From Dehalococcoidia bacterium (lineage in GTDB: Bacteria > Chloroflexota > Dehalococcoidia > Lucifugimonadales > UBA3495): 64,000 nt of DNA. Numbering within the stretch: position 1 is the first letter of the stretch; each line of letters opens with the position of its first letter. Where the stretch lies: positions 877,678 to 941,677 of the forward strand of contig OZ244879.1 in assembly GCA_965221295.1 (NCBI GenBank). The letters run 5' to 3'. A model generated the notes under the pieces. That model saw nothing but the letters and a program-made list of their open reading frames with translations, did not search any database and was not told the origin of the DNA. This document shows positions 19,524 through 30,043 of the stretch, piece by piece. The position numbers and the translations under genes are program-made.

Positions 19524-20174
19524 ATGGCCCTTCCCTTTGAAGATTCACCACTGCTCCAACCCAGCAACATCGTCCCCATGGTCATCGAGACCAGCCCCCG
19601 GGGCGAGCGCGCCTTCGACATATACTCATTGCTGCTGAGGGAGCGAATCATCTACCTGGGCACGCCCATCACCGACCAGGTGGCCAACGTCATCATTGCC
19701 CAACTGCTCTATCTGGAGCGGGAGGACCGCGACCGGGACATCAGCCTCTATATCAACAGCCCGGGCGGTTACATCGCTTCGGGCCTTGCCATCCTGGACA
19801 CCATGCGCCTCATCAATTCCGAGGTCTCGACCATATGCGTCGGCACCGCCGCCAGCATGGCCACGGTGCTTCTCGCCAACGGCGCCAAGGGAAAGCGCTA
19901 CTGCCTGCCCAATTCCACCGTTCACATGCACCAACCCAACGTGGGCAGCTTCCAGGGTCAGGCCGCTGACATTGAAATTCAGGCCAGGGAAATCGTGCGT
20001 CTCAAGGAACGTTTGTCCCGAATCCTGTCCGAAGCCACCGGCCAGCCCATGGAAAGGATCTCCGACGATACCGACCGCGACTTCTTCCTCACGGCCGAGG
20101 AAGCCATCGAGTACGGCATTGTGGATGAAATACTGGGCGCGCCAACGGAGGAACCCGCCGCAGAAGCCGCCTGA
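19524..20174 (+). CDS. clpP: ATP-dependent Clp protease proteolytic subunit (copy 2)
   Basis: [46 protein letters not shown]. Confidence 0.95.
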   Translation: MALPFEDSPLLQPSNIVPMVIETSPRGERAFDIYSLLLRERIIYLGTPITDQVANVIIAQLLYLEREDRDRDISLYINSPGGYIASGLAILDTMRLINSEVSTICVGTAASMATVLLANGAKGKRYCLPNSTVHMHQPNVGSFQGQAADIEIQAREIVRLKERLSRILSEATGQPMERISDDTDRDFFLTAEEAIEYGIVDEILGAPTEEPAAEAA

Positions 20175-20215
20175 TCGCAACCCCTCCTGATCTACCAGAA
20201 ACTAGGCGGCCACTT

Positions 20216-21619
20216 ATGACCACTCGAAGTCGCAACGGCAACTCCAATCGCAATTCCTACCGCTGCAACTTTTGCAGCAGCCTGTTCCCACAGGGTCGCC
20301 TCATGCGTCCACCCGGCCAGAACCGTGGGGGGATCTGCTTCGATTGCATCCGCGAACTGGCGGCCTACGTAGCCGACCGAGGCGGCAAGCAACGTCCGGA
20401 AGAAGGCGCGCGTCGCGTCCCCAGGGCCTCCGACCGGGTTGAGTTGACGGATAACGCCCATGCGCAGGCTGAACCCCAGCCGCGAACCCTCGTTCCCCGG
20501 GAAATCTACGCCAACCTGGACGCCTACGTAATCGGACAGGAGAAGGCCAAGAAGACCCTGGCCGTGGCAGTTTATAACCACTTCAAACGCATTCGCGGCG
20601 GCGCCGAACCTTCCGACGTTGAGGTTCAGAAGTCCAACATTTTGCTGATCGGCCCCACCGGTTCCGGCAAAACCCTGCTGGCCGAGACCCTGGCCCGCAC
20701 TCTGGAAGTGCCCTTCGCCATCTGCGACGCCACCTCCCTGACCGAGTCGGGCTACGTCGGCGAGGACGTGGAGAATATCCTGTTGCGCCTCATCCAGGCC
20801 GCCGATTGGGACATCCCGCGCGCCGAACAGGGCATCATCTATATCGACGAGCTGGACAAGATCGCTCGCAAAGAGGGCGTCAACCGGTCTATCACCCGGG
20901 ACGTGGCCGGCGAAGGCGTGCAGCAAGAACTCCTCAAGATAATCGAAGGCTGCATCGCCAACGTACCGCCCCAGGGTGGGCGCAAGCATCCCCACCAGGA
21001 AATGTTGCAGATCAACACCCGCAACATCCTCTTCATCTGCGGCGGAGCGTTCGATGGCCTGGAAGACATGATCAATAAGCGGTTGTCCATAGGATCATCC
21101 ATGGGTTTCCTGGCCACCGGCCACGACCGCGCCGAAAGAAAACCCGCCGAAAGCGCCACTCTGGAGCAGGTCACCCCCGAAGACCTGCTCCAGTTCGGAT
21201 TCATCCCGGAGTTGGTGGGCCGTTTGCCCATCGTTTCCGCGCTCCAGCCCCTGGACCGCAAAGCGTTGGTTCGCGTGCTCATCGAACCCAAGAACGCCAT
21301 CGTCAAGCAGTACCAGCGGCTCTTCGCCCTCGATGAGGTTGCGCTGGAATTCACCGACGACGCCCTGGCCGCCGCCGCCGACCGCGCCCTCACTTACCAA
21401 ACCGGGGCCCGCGTGTTGCGCCATATCGTTGAAGACGCTTTGATGGAGGTCATGTACGAGCTGCCCTCCCTGGGCGATATTGGGCGCTGCGTTGTCCACG
21501 GGGACGCCATCAACGGCGACGCCTCGCCGCGCCTCTACCGCCGTGGTGGTGGCCGCTACCTGACCCTCAAGTCGGCCCTGGCGCGGTCAAATCAGGAAAC
21601 CCGCAGGAAGACCGCCTGA
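20216..21619 (+). CDS. clpX: ATP-dependent Clp protease ATP-binding subunit ClpX
   Basis: CNFC...CFDC zinc domain, [36 protein letters not shown]. Confidence 0.95.
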   Translation: MTTRSRNGNSNRNSYRCNFCSSLFPQGRLMRPPGQNRGGICFDCIRELAAYVADRGGKQRPEEGARRVPRASDRVELTDNAHAQAEPQPRTLVPREIYANLDAYVIGQEKAKKTLAVAVYNHFKRIRGGAEPSDVEVQKSNILLIGPTGSGKTLLAETLARTLEVPFAICDATSLTESGYVGEDVENILLRLIQAADWDIPRAEQGIIYIDELDKIARKEGVNRSITRDVAGEGVQQELLKIIEGCIANVPPQGGRKHPHQEMLQINTRNILFICGGAFDGLEDMINKRLSIGSSMGFLATGHDRAERKPAESATLEQVTPEDLLQFGFIPELVGRLPIVSALQPLDRKALVRVLIEPKNAIVKQYQRLFALDEVALEFTDDALAAAADRALTYQTGARVLRHIVEDALMEVMYELPSLGDIGRCVVHGDAINGDASPRLYRRGGGRYLTLKSALARSNQETRRKTA

Positions 21620-21625
21620 TTCGCT

Positions 21626-22453
21626 TCACCCAGCCGAATCAGCGGCGGCGATGGCGGCTTCAATTTCCTCCGTCAGTTCCAGACCATTCGGAAGAGTCAG
21701 GGCCAGCGGATTGCCCATGTCGTCCAGCGCTTCGCCGGGCCGAACGCCCAATCGCCCGTCGGCGACCGCTCTCAACGTCGCCAGCAGCAGGTACGGTTCC
21801 CGCCGGTACCCCTCGGCCCGTATGAGTTGAAACAGGCGATTTTCTTCGCCTTCGTCCTCGCGAGCCTGTGCAAAGCGTCGCCCGACCATGGCCGCCCACT
21901 CTGGATCAAACGGCCCACCGACGATGGGCAACTCGCAATGGGACAACACAGGCCCGCGGTCCACTTCCTCGGTGGCCAGGTGAATCATCGCGCCGGTTCT
22001 GGTGGCCCGGGTCGCAATCAACTCCCAGATAACAGATTGCCAGGGGCCGGTCGGCCCATCGGGCAGCGCGCCGTGCAGATTGAGGAGCGGGAACTGTCGG
22101 CACAAGGCCCCGCTGCAAATCAGCATATAGCCAGCCAACGCGCACACGTCGGGTTGATAGGGAGCCAGTAGGTTGATCAGCTGCTGGTCAAATCCATCGC
22201 GGTGTCGGGACATGGCGCCGCCGCCGTGTTCGCGCCGGTATCGCGCTGACGAAAGCGTAACCAGTGGCAGGCCGTATGACCGCGTCAGTTCAAAAAAGGC
22301 GTCGGATCCTTCAGCTTCGCCGGGTTCGCGATTGCTGAACACGAACTCGATCCGGGCGTCGAGGCGACCCTGCTGAATCGCGTCCGCCACAAACCGCAAC
22401 AGCCCTCTTGATCCTTCGCCCCGACCAGTGGAAAACCAACCTATACGCAACAT
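21626..22453 (-). CDS. purN: Phosphoribosylglycinamide formyltransferase (PurN-like formyltransferase)
   Basis: IGWFSTGRG, VFSNR, LAGYM, LNLHGALP, MIHL...VDRGP. Confidence 0.8.
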   Translation of the reverse strand: MLRIGWFSTGRGEGSRGLLRFVADAIQQGRLDARIEFVFSNREPGEAEGSDAFFELTRSYGLPLVTLSSARYRREHGGGAMSRHRDGFDQQLINLLAPYQPDVCALAGYMLICSGALCRQFPLLNLHGALPDGPTGPWQSVIWELIATRATRTGAMIHLATEEVDRGPVLSHCELPIVGGPFDPEWAAMVGRRFAQAREDEGEENRLFQLIRAEGYRREPYLLLATLRAVADGRLGVRPGEALDDMGNPLALTLPNGLELTEEIEAAIAAADSAG

Positions 22454-22614
22454 AACCCAGTCTTGGCGCAACCTGGAGGCTAGTATCGTGACTCTGGGGC
22501 GGCCGGCTCGGTTCGCGGCGACGGAAGGCCGACAGGGTTCGCGGCGGCGTCAATCATCAACCTGCCGATACCCCCGGCCGCGCCGACGGCGCTCCCGCCG
22601 CAACGGGTCCAGTT

Positions 22615-22986
22615 TCAGAACGGCGCTTGGTCATCTTCAAACAGCGAAGGGTCGTCCGGCTCCGGTGGCGGCGGCATGTCCCACTCGTCCTGGGGCGGAA
22701 GGTCGTTTTGGGAAGGACGGTCGTCGTCGGAGCGAAAGTCGCCGCCGGCGGACGCGCCCGTCACGCCACGCTCGGTTCCAACCTGCGAGATGCGCAACTC
22801 CGCCTCGGTGAGGAGCAATTGACAGCGGTTGGCTAGGTCCATCCCCTGATGGTAGAGCGATTCGGCCTCGGTCAACGGCAACTCCCCCTGTTCCAATTGG
22901 CCTACGGTCTCTTCCAGGCGGCGGTAGGCGTCCTCAAAGGAAAGGGAGGCCAGCTCTTCGGGCCAGTTTTCGTTGGGTTCGGTCAT
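22615..22986 (-). CDS. xseB: Exodeoxyribonuclease VII small subunit with acidic C-terminal extension
   Basis: SFEDAYRRLEETVGQLEQGELPL...LYHQGMDL...AELRI; downstream of xseA. Confidence 0.9.
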   Translation of the reverse strand: MTEPNENWPEELASLSFEDAYRRLEETVGQLEQGELPLTEAESLYHQGMDLANRCQLLLTEAELRISQVGTERGVTGASAGGDFRSDDDRPSQNDLPPQDEWDMPPPPEPDDPSLFEDDQAPF

Positions 22987-23010
22987 GGTGTTGGCGCGGA
23001 AGATCCGCGA

Positions 23011-24342
23011 TCACAGCAGTGGCCGCATCGCTTTCGGCGCCGGGACGTTGCGCCGCCGCCGGTTGGTCGGACGCGGATTGGGCTTGGCTCTTTCGTCGAT
23101 GTCCGCCACCGACGCTGGTTCCCGTTCCGGGGTCGCCATACCGGAGCGGGAGGCGTCGCGACCGGCCACCGCTGGCATCTTGCCGCCGCTCAGGGTGATT
23201 TCTAGCAGGTCCCCGTCCTGGGCCTGGTCCGGGGACGTCAGGGCGCCGGGCTTGGACTTCAGGCTGACTACGGCGTACCCCCGGCGCAAGGTGGCCGCCG
23301 GATCCAACGCGGTGAGCTTGGCCTGCTGCGCCGCCAAATCCCGCTGCAGTCGTTCCTTCCTACGGGCCATGGCGGCCGTCGCGCGTTCCGCCAGGTCGTC
23401 GATGTTGCGCATCAACGCAGACACGTCAGGCCCAACGCGCCGCAGCCGTTGCCGCTGCTGTTCCAGGGCGCCGAGTTTCTGGTCAATGTGACCCAGCATG
23501 GCCGAGTTCAGGCGCTGGCGCGCGGAGAAGACGTTGCTGAGCAATTGCTGCCGATCCGGCGTGGCCAACTCAGCCGCCGCGGAGGGAGTGGGCGCTCGCT
23601 GGTCGGCCACATCGTCCGCTATGGTGTGGTCGGTTTCATGGCCCACGCCGGATACCACGGGCACGGCGCTGGCGAAAATGGCGCGCGCCACTTTTTCGGA
23701 GTTGAAACACCACAGATCTTCCAGCGACCCGCCACCGCGCGCCAAGATGATCAGGTCCGCCAGGCCTTCGTCGTTCAGCAGTTTGATGGCGCTGGCGATT
23801 TGGCCGCTGGCGGTGTCGCCTTGCACCGCGGTCGGCGAAATCCGCAGCTGCGCCAGGGGATACCGGCGGCGCGCCACGTTTTGAATATCCTGCCACACTG
23901 CGCCGCTGGGCGACGTAACCACGCCAATCACCCTGGGAAATACCGGCAACGGGCGTTTGCGAGAGGCCTCGAACAGTCCTTCCCCGGCCAATTGCTGACG
24001 CAGCCGTGCCAGCTCCAGGGCCAACGCCCCTTCCCCCACGGGGACTACCACGGAGACCTGCAGGTTGGCTTCCCCGTAAGGCGCGTAGAAGGTGAAGTTC
24101 CCGCCGGCCAGGACTTCCCGTCCTTCTTCCAAGTCTTCCTGCCCCGACCGATTGCGGAACATCACGCAGCGAATGGCGCTGCCGTCCTCGCGAAGGCTGA
24201 AATAGGAGTGGCCGGAGGCGACGGTGCGCAGGTTCGCCACCTCGCCCTGCACGGTCAGCCGGGACAGCACGGCGTCAGACTCAAGTTTGTCCTTGAGATA
24301 CGCGGCCACCTGGCCAACCGAATACACAATTGGCGAAAGCAT
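23011..24342 (-). CDS. xseA: Exodeoxyribonuclease VII large subunit
   Basis: OB fold SGHSYFSL, IGVVTSPSGA, ARGGGSLEDLW, GVGHETD, APTPSAAAE, LRRGYA. Confidence 0.95.
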   Translation of the reverse strand: MLSPIVYSVGQVAAYLKDKLESDAVLSRLTVQGEVANLRTVASGHSYFSLREDGSAIRCVMFRNRSGQEDLEEGREVLAGGNFTFYAPYGEANLQVSVVVPVGEGALALELARLRQQLAGEGLFEASRKRPLPVFPRVIGVVTSPSGAVWQDIQNVARRRYPLAQLRISPTAVQGDTASGQIASAIKLLNDEGLADLIILARGGGSLEDLWCFNSEKVARAIFASAVPVVSGVGHETDHTIADDVADQRAPTPSAAAELATPDRQQLLSNVFSARQRLNSAMLGHIDQKLGALEQQRQRLRRVGPDVSALMRNIDDLAERATAAMARRKERLQRDLAAQQAKLTALDPAATLRRGYAVVSLKSKPGALTSPDQAQDGDLLEITLSGGKMPAVAGRDASRSGMATPEREPASVADIDERAKPNPRPTNRRRRNVPAPKAMRPLL

Positions 24343-24353
24343 GTCGAGGCCGG

Positions 24354-24920
24354 TCAGGAAACGCGTTCCGAATACGCGCCGTTCCTGGTGTCCACCTTCA
24401 CCACGGTTCCGGGGGTGATGAACATGGGCACCGTGATCTGCAACCCGGTTTCAAGGGTGGCGGGTTTGCCTCCCCCCTGGGCGGTGTTGCCTTTGAATGC
24501 CGGCGGCGTGTCCACCACTTCCAACTCAACGTGGATGGGCAGGTTCACGTTGATCGGCGACCCCTTGTACAAGACCAGCTCGACCATCATGCTCTCTTTC
24601 AGGTAGCCCAGGGCGTCTCCCAGCTGGTCGCTGGTCAACTCGTGCTGGTCGAAGGTTTCCTGGTCCATGAAGTAGTAATGCGAGCCGTCGGTGTACAGAT
24701 ATTGGGTCTCCCGGTTGTCCACCTCAGCAAGACTGAAGGCGGTGTCGTACCGCTGGAACGTGCGCTCGATCACTGACCCGTTGATCAGGTTCCGCATCTT
24801 GATCCGTGTAACCGGCGCTCGTTGCTGCATCTTGTGCCGTTCGTAATCCATGACCTGCCAGGGCTGGTTTTCCAACTCGATCACCATGCCCTTGTTCAGG
24901 TCGCCAAAGTTGATGCTCAT
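24354..24920 (-). CDS. efp: Elongation factor P
   Basis: QYLY, FMDQETFDQ, GNTAQGGGKPATLETG, VPMFI...VDTR. Confidence 0.95.
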   Translation of the reverse strand: MSINFGDLNKGMVIELENQPWQVMDYERHKMQQRAPVTRIKMRNLINGSVIERTFQRYDTAFSLAEVDNRETQYLYTDGSHYYFMDQETFDQHELTSDQLGDALGYLKESMMVELVLYKGSPINVNLPIHVELEVVDTPPAFKGNTAQGGGKPATLETGLQITVPMFITPGTVVKVDTRNGAYSERVS

Positions 24921-24935
24921 TCGTGGTATCCCCTT

Positions 24936-25394
24936 CTAATTCGCAAGTTCGCCCGCTTCGTCGTTGATGATGCCGACCAACGCTTCCAAAGCAGCAGTAT
25001 AGCCTCTCCAACCCAACCCGACAATTTGGCCACGGGCGGTATCGGCCAAAACCGAGTGTCTCCGCCAAGGCTCACGCGCGTGGATGTTGCTCAAGTGAAC
25101 CTCGATCACCGGCAGGTTGGAATCCGTCAGGGCGTCTTTGAGCGATAGGCCATAGTGGGTTAGCGCCCCGGCGTTGACAATCACGCCGTCGATGCGGCCC
25201 GCGCCTGCCTGCAATCGGTCGATCAGCGCGCCTTCGTGGTTGGATTGGAAACACTCCACCGCAACGCCGAGAGACTCCCCTCGTTCCTGGAGGCGTCGGT
25301 TGATCTCGTCCAGCGTCAGGGTTCCGTAGTGATGCCGGTCCCGGCGACCCAGAGCGTTCAGGTTAGGCCCGTGCAGCGCCAGTATCGTCGTCAT
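24936..25394 (-). CDS. aroQ: Type II 3-dehydroquinate dehydratase
   Basis: LHGPNLNALGRR, QSNHEG, NAGALTH, EVHLSNIHAREPWR. Confidence 0.95.
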   Translation of the reverse strand: MTTILALHGPNLNALGRRDRHHYGTLTLDEINRRLQERGESLGVAVECFQSNHEGALIDRLQAGAGRIDGVIVNAGALTHYGLSLKDALTDSNLPVIEVHLSNIHAREPWRRHSVLADTARGQIVGLGWRGYTAALEALVGIINDEAGELAN

Positions 25395-26451
25395 TTGTCG
25401 GGGCCTCATTTGTCAGGGCCTCATTCGTCAGGGCCTTGTCCGTTCGATCTTGTACGCTGGGCGCCGCCGCCATCGGGTGAAAGGTCAAGTAAGCCCGTCG
25501 CGCCTCCTGCTTGGTGATGTGCGTGTACATCTGGGTTGTCGATACGTTGCTGTGGCCCAGCAGGTCCTGGATCACGCGCAAATCGGCGTCCCCTTCCAGC
25601 ATGTGGCTGGCGAAACTGTGCCGGAGGGTATGCGGGTGGATGCCGTCCTTCAGGCCGGCGCGGGCCGCCTGGTTGCTGACGATTTTCTCAATGCTGCGCC
25701 GGGACAGCCGTCCTCCGTAGCGGTTCACGAAAAGGGGATCGTCACTGTGCTCGCCGGCGGCCAGGTGGGGGCGGCCTTCGCTCAAATAGCCGTCAATCGC
25801 CGCCTCGGCCGGTCCGCCGTACAGGGTCCAACGTTCCTTGTTTCCCTTGCCTCTGACCAGTATTTCCCGGCGGGCTCGGTGAACATCGCCCAAGTTCATC
25901 CCTTCGATCTCGGCCAGCCGCACGCCGCAGGCGTACAAAATCTCCAGGATCGCCCGGTCGCGCCGGCCGGTCGGGGTATCGTCGTCGGCAGCCTCCAGCA
26001 GACGGGCGGCCTCCTTCCTGCCCAGGAAACTCGGCAGAGGCTTCTCGACCTTGACGGGAAAGGACCTCGCCGAAGGCACCGGGGTGGACTTGAACCATCC
26101 CTGCTGCACGAGGAAGTTATAGAACGTCCGCAGGGCCGTCAGCTTACGCACGATGCTCACCCGCGCGTAACCCGCCGGGCCGCCGCTGCCATCGGCGCGA
26201 CCCTCGGTCGCCAGGTAGGCTACGTAACCGCGCAGCATCTGGCGATTCATGTCGCGCAGGTTCAGATCCTGGCGCCGGCAATAGGTCAGGAAGGCGCGCA
26301 GGTCATCCAGGTAAATTCGCCTGGTGTTCTGCGACAGCGACCTCTGGCCGGTCAGATAACGTCCGTAACGTTCCAGCAAGTCGGGCGTAGCCGGCCCGCA
26401 TTCTCGTTGGGAGGCGCTCCGGTCAACCGGATGTATCGCGCTAGTCGCCAA
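25363..26451 (-). CDS. xerC: Tyrosine recombinase XerC/XerD
   Basis: RDRAILEILYACGVR, GKGNKER, HPHTLRHSFASH, LLGH...TTQMY; in the conserved dprA-topA-xerC order. Confidence 0.9.
   Translation of the reverse strand: MATSAIHPVDRSASQRECGPATPDLLERYGRYLTGQRSLSQNTRRIYLDDLRAFLTYCRRQDLNLRDMNRQMLRGYVAYLATEGRADGSGGPAGYARVSIVRKLTALRTFYNFLVQQGWFKSTPVPSARSFPVKVEKPLPSFLGRKEAARLLEAADDDTPTGRRDRAILEILYACGVRLAEIEGMNLGDVHRARREILVRGKGNKERWTLYGGPAEAAIDGYLSEGRPHLAAGEHSDDPLFVNRYGGRLSRRSIEKIVSNQAARAGLKDGIHPHTLRHSFASHMLEGDADLRVIQDLLGHSNVSTTQMYTHITKQEARRAYLTFHPMAAAPSVQDRTDKALTNEALTNEAPTNDDDTGAARA
25392..25436 (-). repeat. 3 x 15-bp tandem repeat covering the aroQ initiation region and xerC tail
   Basis: CATT(T/C)GTC(G/A)GGGCCT x3 on the plus strand; encodes ALTNE/ALTNE/APTND in XerC. 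Confidence 0.85.
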
Positions 26452-28882
26452 CGGTTGCCGGCTCCGACGACGCCACGCCGTCCGTCTGATTCGCTTCAGC
26501 CGCGGGGGGATCGCCCTTCCACTTGCAAGTTGGGCAGGTGGCCTGGCCGCGCGCCGCCGTCACCAGCATCCCGGCGCATTGGGGGCAGGGCATCGGCAGC
26601 GGTTCCGTGTTCACCAAGAAGTCGCACTTCGGATAGTTGGCGCAGCCCCAGAACGGGCGGCCCGATTTGCGGGCGCGCCGCTCCACCAAGTCGCCGCCGC
26701 ATTTCGGGCAAGGGGCCTCGCTCTTCTTGACGATGTTGCGCCGGTTGTCGCAGGGGTTGTCCGCCGCGTTGTAACCAGTGCAGGCCAAGAATCGCCCGTA
26801 GCGACCCGTCTTGATCACCATGGGCCGCTCGCACCGTTCGCACACTTCGTCGGTTTCCTCGTCGGCCGGGCGGTCGCCGTTGTTCCGCATGTTGCGCGTA
26901 TTTTGGCAGGCCGGGTAACCGGTGCAGGCGAGGAACCGCCCAAATCGGCCCATCATCATGGTCATTGCTTCCCCGCACTTCTCGCAACTGGGCGAAAACT
27001 CCTTTTCGGCCGCGTTCACCGCCTGGTGAAATGGTCCGTAGAACTCGCTCAGCATGGGAACCCAGTCCAGATCGCCCTGCGCCACGCTGTCCAAGTCTTC
27101 TTCCATCCGCGCCGTGAAATTCAAGTCCATCACGTCGGCAAAATGTTGGGTTAGCAGGTCGGTCACCGTGCAACCCAGCTCGGTAGGCCGCAAGCGGCGC
27201 TGTTCCCGTTCCACGTATTCTCGTTCCACCAGCGTGGCAATCGTTGGAGCGTACGTGCTGGGGCGTCCGATGCCCTTGTCTTCCATTTCCTTGATCAGGG
27301 TGGCCTCGGAGAACCGTGGTGGCGGCTGGGTGAAATGCTGAATGCCTTTCAATTCCCGGTTGGTGAGACCGTCGCCGGCTGTGAGTTCGGGAAGGGCTCC
27401 GTCTTCCGCCGCTCCCGAGTCTTCTCGCCCTTCCTGGTACACCGCCCGGAAACCGGGGAACTTCAGGACCGACCCGGTAGCCCGAAAGCGGAACACGCTG
27501 TCCGATGGCGCGGCGCACGTGGCGTCGATGTCCACTGTAGTCGCCTCCAACAGCGCGTCGGCCATCTGGCTGGCCACCATGCGCTCCCAGATCAGCGTGT
27601 ACAGCCGCAGTTGGTCGCGGTCCAAATAGGCAGCCATGGCCGCCGGCGTCCGCCGGATGGAGGTAGGTCGTATCGCTTCGTGGGCTTCCTGGGCGTTCTT
27701 GCTTCGAGTCCGGTAGGAGCGGGCTTTGTCGGGGGTGTATTCCCGGCCGAATCGCTCCCTGATGTACTCCCGAGTTTCACGCACCGCCGACTCGGCCACG
27801 TTTACGCTGTCGGTCCTCATGTAGGTAATCAGGCCCACGGACCCTTCGCGACCCAGGTTCAGGCCCTCGTACAGCTGCTGGGCCAACGCCATCGTGCGCT
27901 GCGCGGTGAACCGCAACTTGCGGCCAGCGTCCTGCTGCAGGGTGCTGGTGATGAACGGCGGGGATGGCCGCTGGCGCCTGGGCTTCTTCTCTACCTTTTC
28001 CACCGAGTACCGGGCATCTTTCAGCTCAGCCTCGAGACTTCGCGCCGTGTCTTCGTCCGGAATCGACAGCTTGCGCCGGGCGTCCTTGCGAGAATGCAGC
28101 GTGGCGGTGAACGCGTTGGGGTTGCCCGGCGGATCGGTGTCCTTGAACAGTTCCGCTTCCAGCGACCACCATTCTTCGGGCACGAATTGCTCGATTTCGC
28201 GTTCCCGCTCCACGATCATCCGCAACGCCACCGACTGGACCCGCCCGGCTGACAATCCGAGCTGCACTTTCAGCCACAGCAGCGGGCTGATCTCGTACCC
28301 CACCAGGCGGTCCAGAATTCTACGGGCCTGCTGGGCGTTCACCAACTCCATGTCGATTTCTCGGGGATGCTGAAAGGCTTCTTCCACGGCCTGCTTGGTA
28401 ATCTCGTGGAAGACCACGCGCTTGGGAGGCTTGGGATTTTTGTCCCAACCGGCCGCCGCCTGCAGGTGCCACGAAATCGCCTCCCCTTCCCGATCGGGGT
28501 CGGTGGCCAGGAAGATGTCCGATGCCTTCTCCCCCGCCTTCTTCAGGCCATTGACCAGATCCCTTTTGTCCTTCATGGTCAAATATTTTGGGGTGAACTC
28601 CTCGTCCGTCTTCACACCCAGCGTCGATTTGGGCAGGTCGCGCACGTGGCCCATGGAGGCGGCCACCACGTACTTGTTGCCCAGAATCTGGCCAACCGTG
28701 CGCGCTTTCGCCGGCGATTCAACGATCACGAGCTTCTTGCCGGCGGCGGAGGGTACGCCCGATCGCCCGCGCGTCGCGCCGGCTTTCGTCCTGCCGCTGG
28801 AGCTCCGGGTAGCCTTGCCGGCCCGGGATTTGGCGGATGTCTTTCCGGTCGTCCTATTGCTGTCGCCGATCTTCGGTGGCAT
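26441..28882 (-). CDS. topA: DNA topoisomerase I (type IA)
   Basis: LVIVESPAKA, ATDPDREGEAI, SAGRVQS, ITYMRTDS (catalytic Tyr), AHEAIRPT, GIGRPSTY, C-terminal Zn ribbons. Confidence 0.97.
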   Translation of the reverse strand: MPPKIGDSNRTTGKTSAKSRAGKATRSSSGRTKAGATRGRSGVPSAAGKKLVIVESPAKARTVGQILGNKYVVAASMGHVRDLPKSTLGVKTDEEFTPKYLTMKDKRDLVNGLKKAGEKASDIFLATDPDREGEAISWHLQAAAGWDKNPKPPKRVVFHEITKQAVEEAFQHPREIDMELVNAQQARRILDRLVGYEISPLLWLKVQLGLSAGRVQSVALRMIVEREREIEQFVPEEWWSLEAELFKDTDPPGNPNAFTATLHSRKDARRKLSIPDEDTARSLEAELKDARYSVEKVEKKPRRQRPSPPFITSTLQQDAGRKLRFTAQRTMALAQQLYEGLNLGREGSVGLITYMRTDSVNVAESAVRETREYIRERFGREYTPDKARSYRTRSKNAQEAHEAIRPTSIRRTPAAMAAYLDRDQLRLYTLIWERMVASQMADALLEATTVDIDATCAAPSDSVFRFRATGSVLKFPGFRAVYQEGREDSGAAEDGALPELTAGDGLTNRELKGIQHFTQPPPRFSEATLIKEMEDKGIGRPSTYAPTIATLVEREYVEREQRRLRPTELGCTVTDLLTQHFADVMDLNFTARMEEDLDSVAQGDLDWVPMLSEFYGPFHQAVNAAEKEFSPSCEKCGEAMTMMMGRFGRFLACTGYPACQNTRNMRNNGDRPADEETDEVCERCERPMVIKTGRYGRFLACTGYNAADNPCDNRRNIVKKSEAPCPKCGGDLVERRARKSGRPFWGCANYPKCDFLVNTEPLPMPCPQCAGMLVTAARGQATCPTCKWKGDPPAAEANQTDGVASSEPATVGD

Positions 28883-28918
28883 TGGGCAGTCTTGTCTCCG
28901 CTTGGTTTTGCGTCAAGG

Positions 28919-30043
28919 TCAAGGCAACTGGTAGTGCATCATACCAGCCTGCGTAACCATCCCCTTGATTTCCAGCATGGTCAGCAGGCCGCTCACTTCC
29001 GTGATGGGCCGGCCGGTCAACCTCGCCAGATCATCAATATGGGTGGGTTCGTTGGTGATATGGCGCAGCAGGTCCAATTCGTCGGGGTCGTCTGATTCCC
29101 GGCTTGGCGCGGGCTCGGTGGATTCGTTGAGATGCATCGCGATCTGACGTTCCGCGGTGTCCAGTCCAATCTCAACTAATATATCACTAACGTCGCACAC
29201 CAGCTTGGCGCCTTCCCGGATCAATCGGTTGGTGAGTTTGCTGGCGTCCGAGTAAATGTCGCCCGGGACGCAGAAGATTTCCCGGTTTTGATCCAGGGCG
29301 TGATACACGGTCCACCGGGTGCCGCTGGTTTCGTTGGCCTCGGTGATCAGGGTTCCCAGCGTCAGTCCGCTGATGATCCGGTTGCGCCGGGGGAAATTCG
29401 ACGCCTCTGGCTTCGTCCCCAAGGGGAACTCGCTGAGCAGCGCGCCGCCTTCGCCTACGATCCGCTCGGCCAAGCGCAGGTTTTTGGGAGGATAAACCGT
29501 GTCCAACCCGTTGCCCAGCGCCGCCAGCGTCCTGCCTCCGGCGTCCAACGCGGCCTGATGCGCCTGCGCATCGATGCCCAGGGCCAACCCGCTCACCACG
29601 GTCACCCCGCGCGCCGCCAGTTCGGCGCACAGTTGCGCCGTGACCTTGCACCCATATCGCGTCGGCCTTCGCGTGCCGACCACCGCAACCGAGGCCTCAT
29701 CCGAAGGCAGCAATTGGCCGCGACAATACAATACCGGGGGCGGGTCCGCGATCTCTTTCAATCGCCGGGGGTACTGCGCGTCGTGCCACGTGAACGCCGC
29801 TACCCCAGCCTGGGCCAGTCGCTCCAATTCTCCGTCTGGGCTGACCTTTTCCCTGGATTCCACGATGGCCTTCACCACGCCGCCGCCGATTCCGGACGCC
29901 CGCAACTCCCGCTGCGACGCCCTCCACGCGGCCTCCAAATCCCCGTCGAAATGGGACTCCAACAACCGGAATCTTGCCGCGCCCAGGCCCGGCGTCTGAC
30001 TCAGGGCTATCCAATGTCCCAATGAACTGTTATCCCGCTGCAT
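28919..30043 (-). CDS. dprA: DNA-processing protein DprA
   Basis: VAVVGTR, VSGLALGIDA, FPRRNRIISGL, C-terminal winged helix. Confidence 0.95.
   Translation of the reverse strand: MQRDNSSLGHWIALSQTPGLGAARFRLLESHFDGDLEAAWRASQRELRASGIGGGVVKAIVESREKVSPDGELERLAQAGVAAFTWHDAQYPRRLKEIADPPPVLYCRGQLLPSDEASVAVVGTRRPTRYGCKVTAQLCAELAARGVTVVSGLALGIDAQAHQAALDAGGRTLAALGNGLDTVYPPKNLRLAERIVGEGGALLSEFPLGTKPEASNFPRRNRIISGLTLGTLITEANETSGTRWTVYHALDQNREIFCVPGDIYSDASKLTNRLIREGAKLVCDVSDILVEIGLDTAERQIAMHLNESTEPAPSRESDDPDELDLLRHITNEPTHIDDLARLTGRPITEVSGLLTMLEIKGMVTQAGMMHYQLP

Noticed and set aside
25363..26451. Prophage or ICE integrase
   Set aside because: It sits in the conserved dprA-topA-xerC chromosomal context with no phage or conjugation genes nearby.
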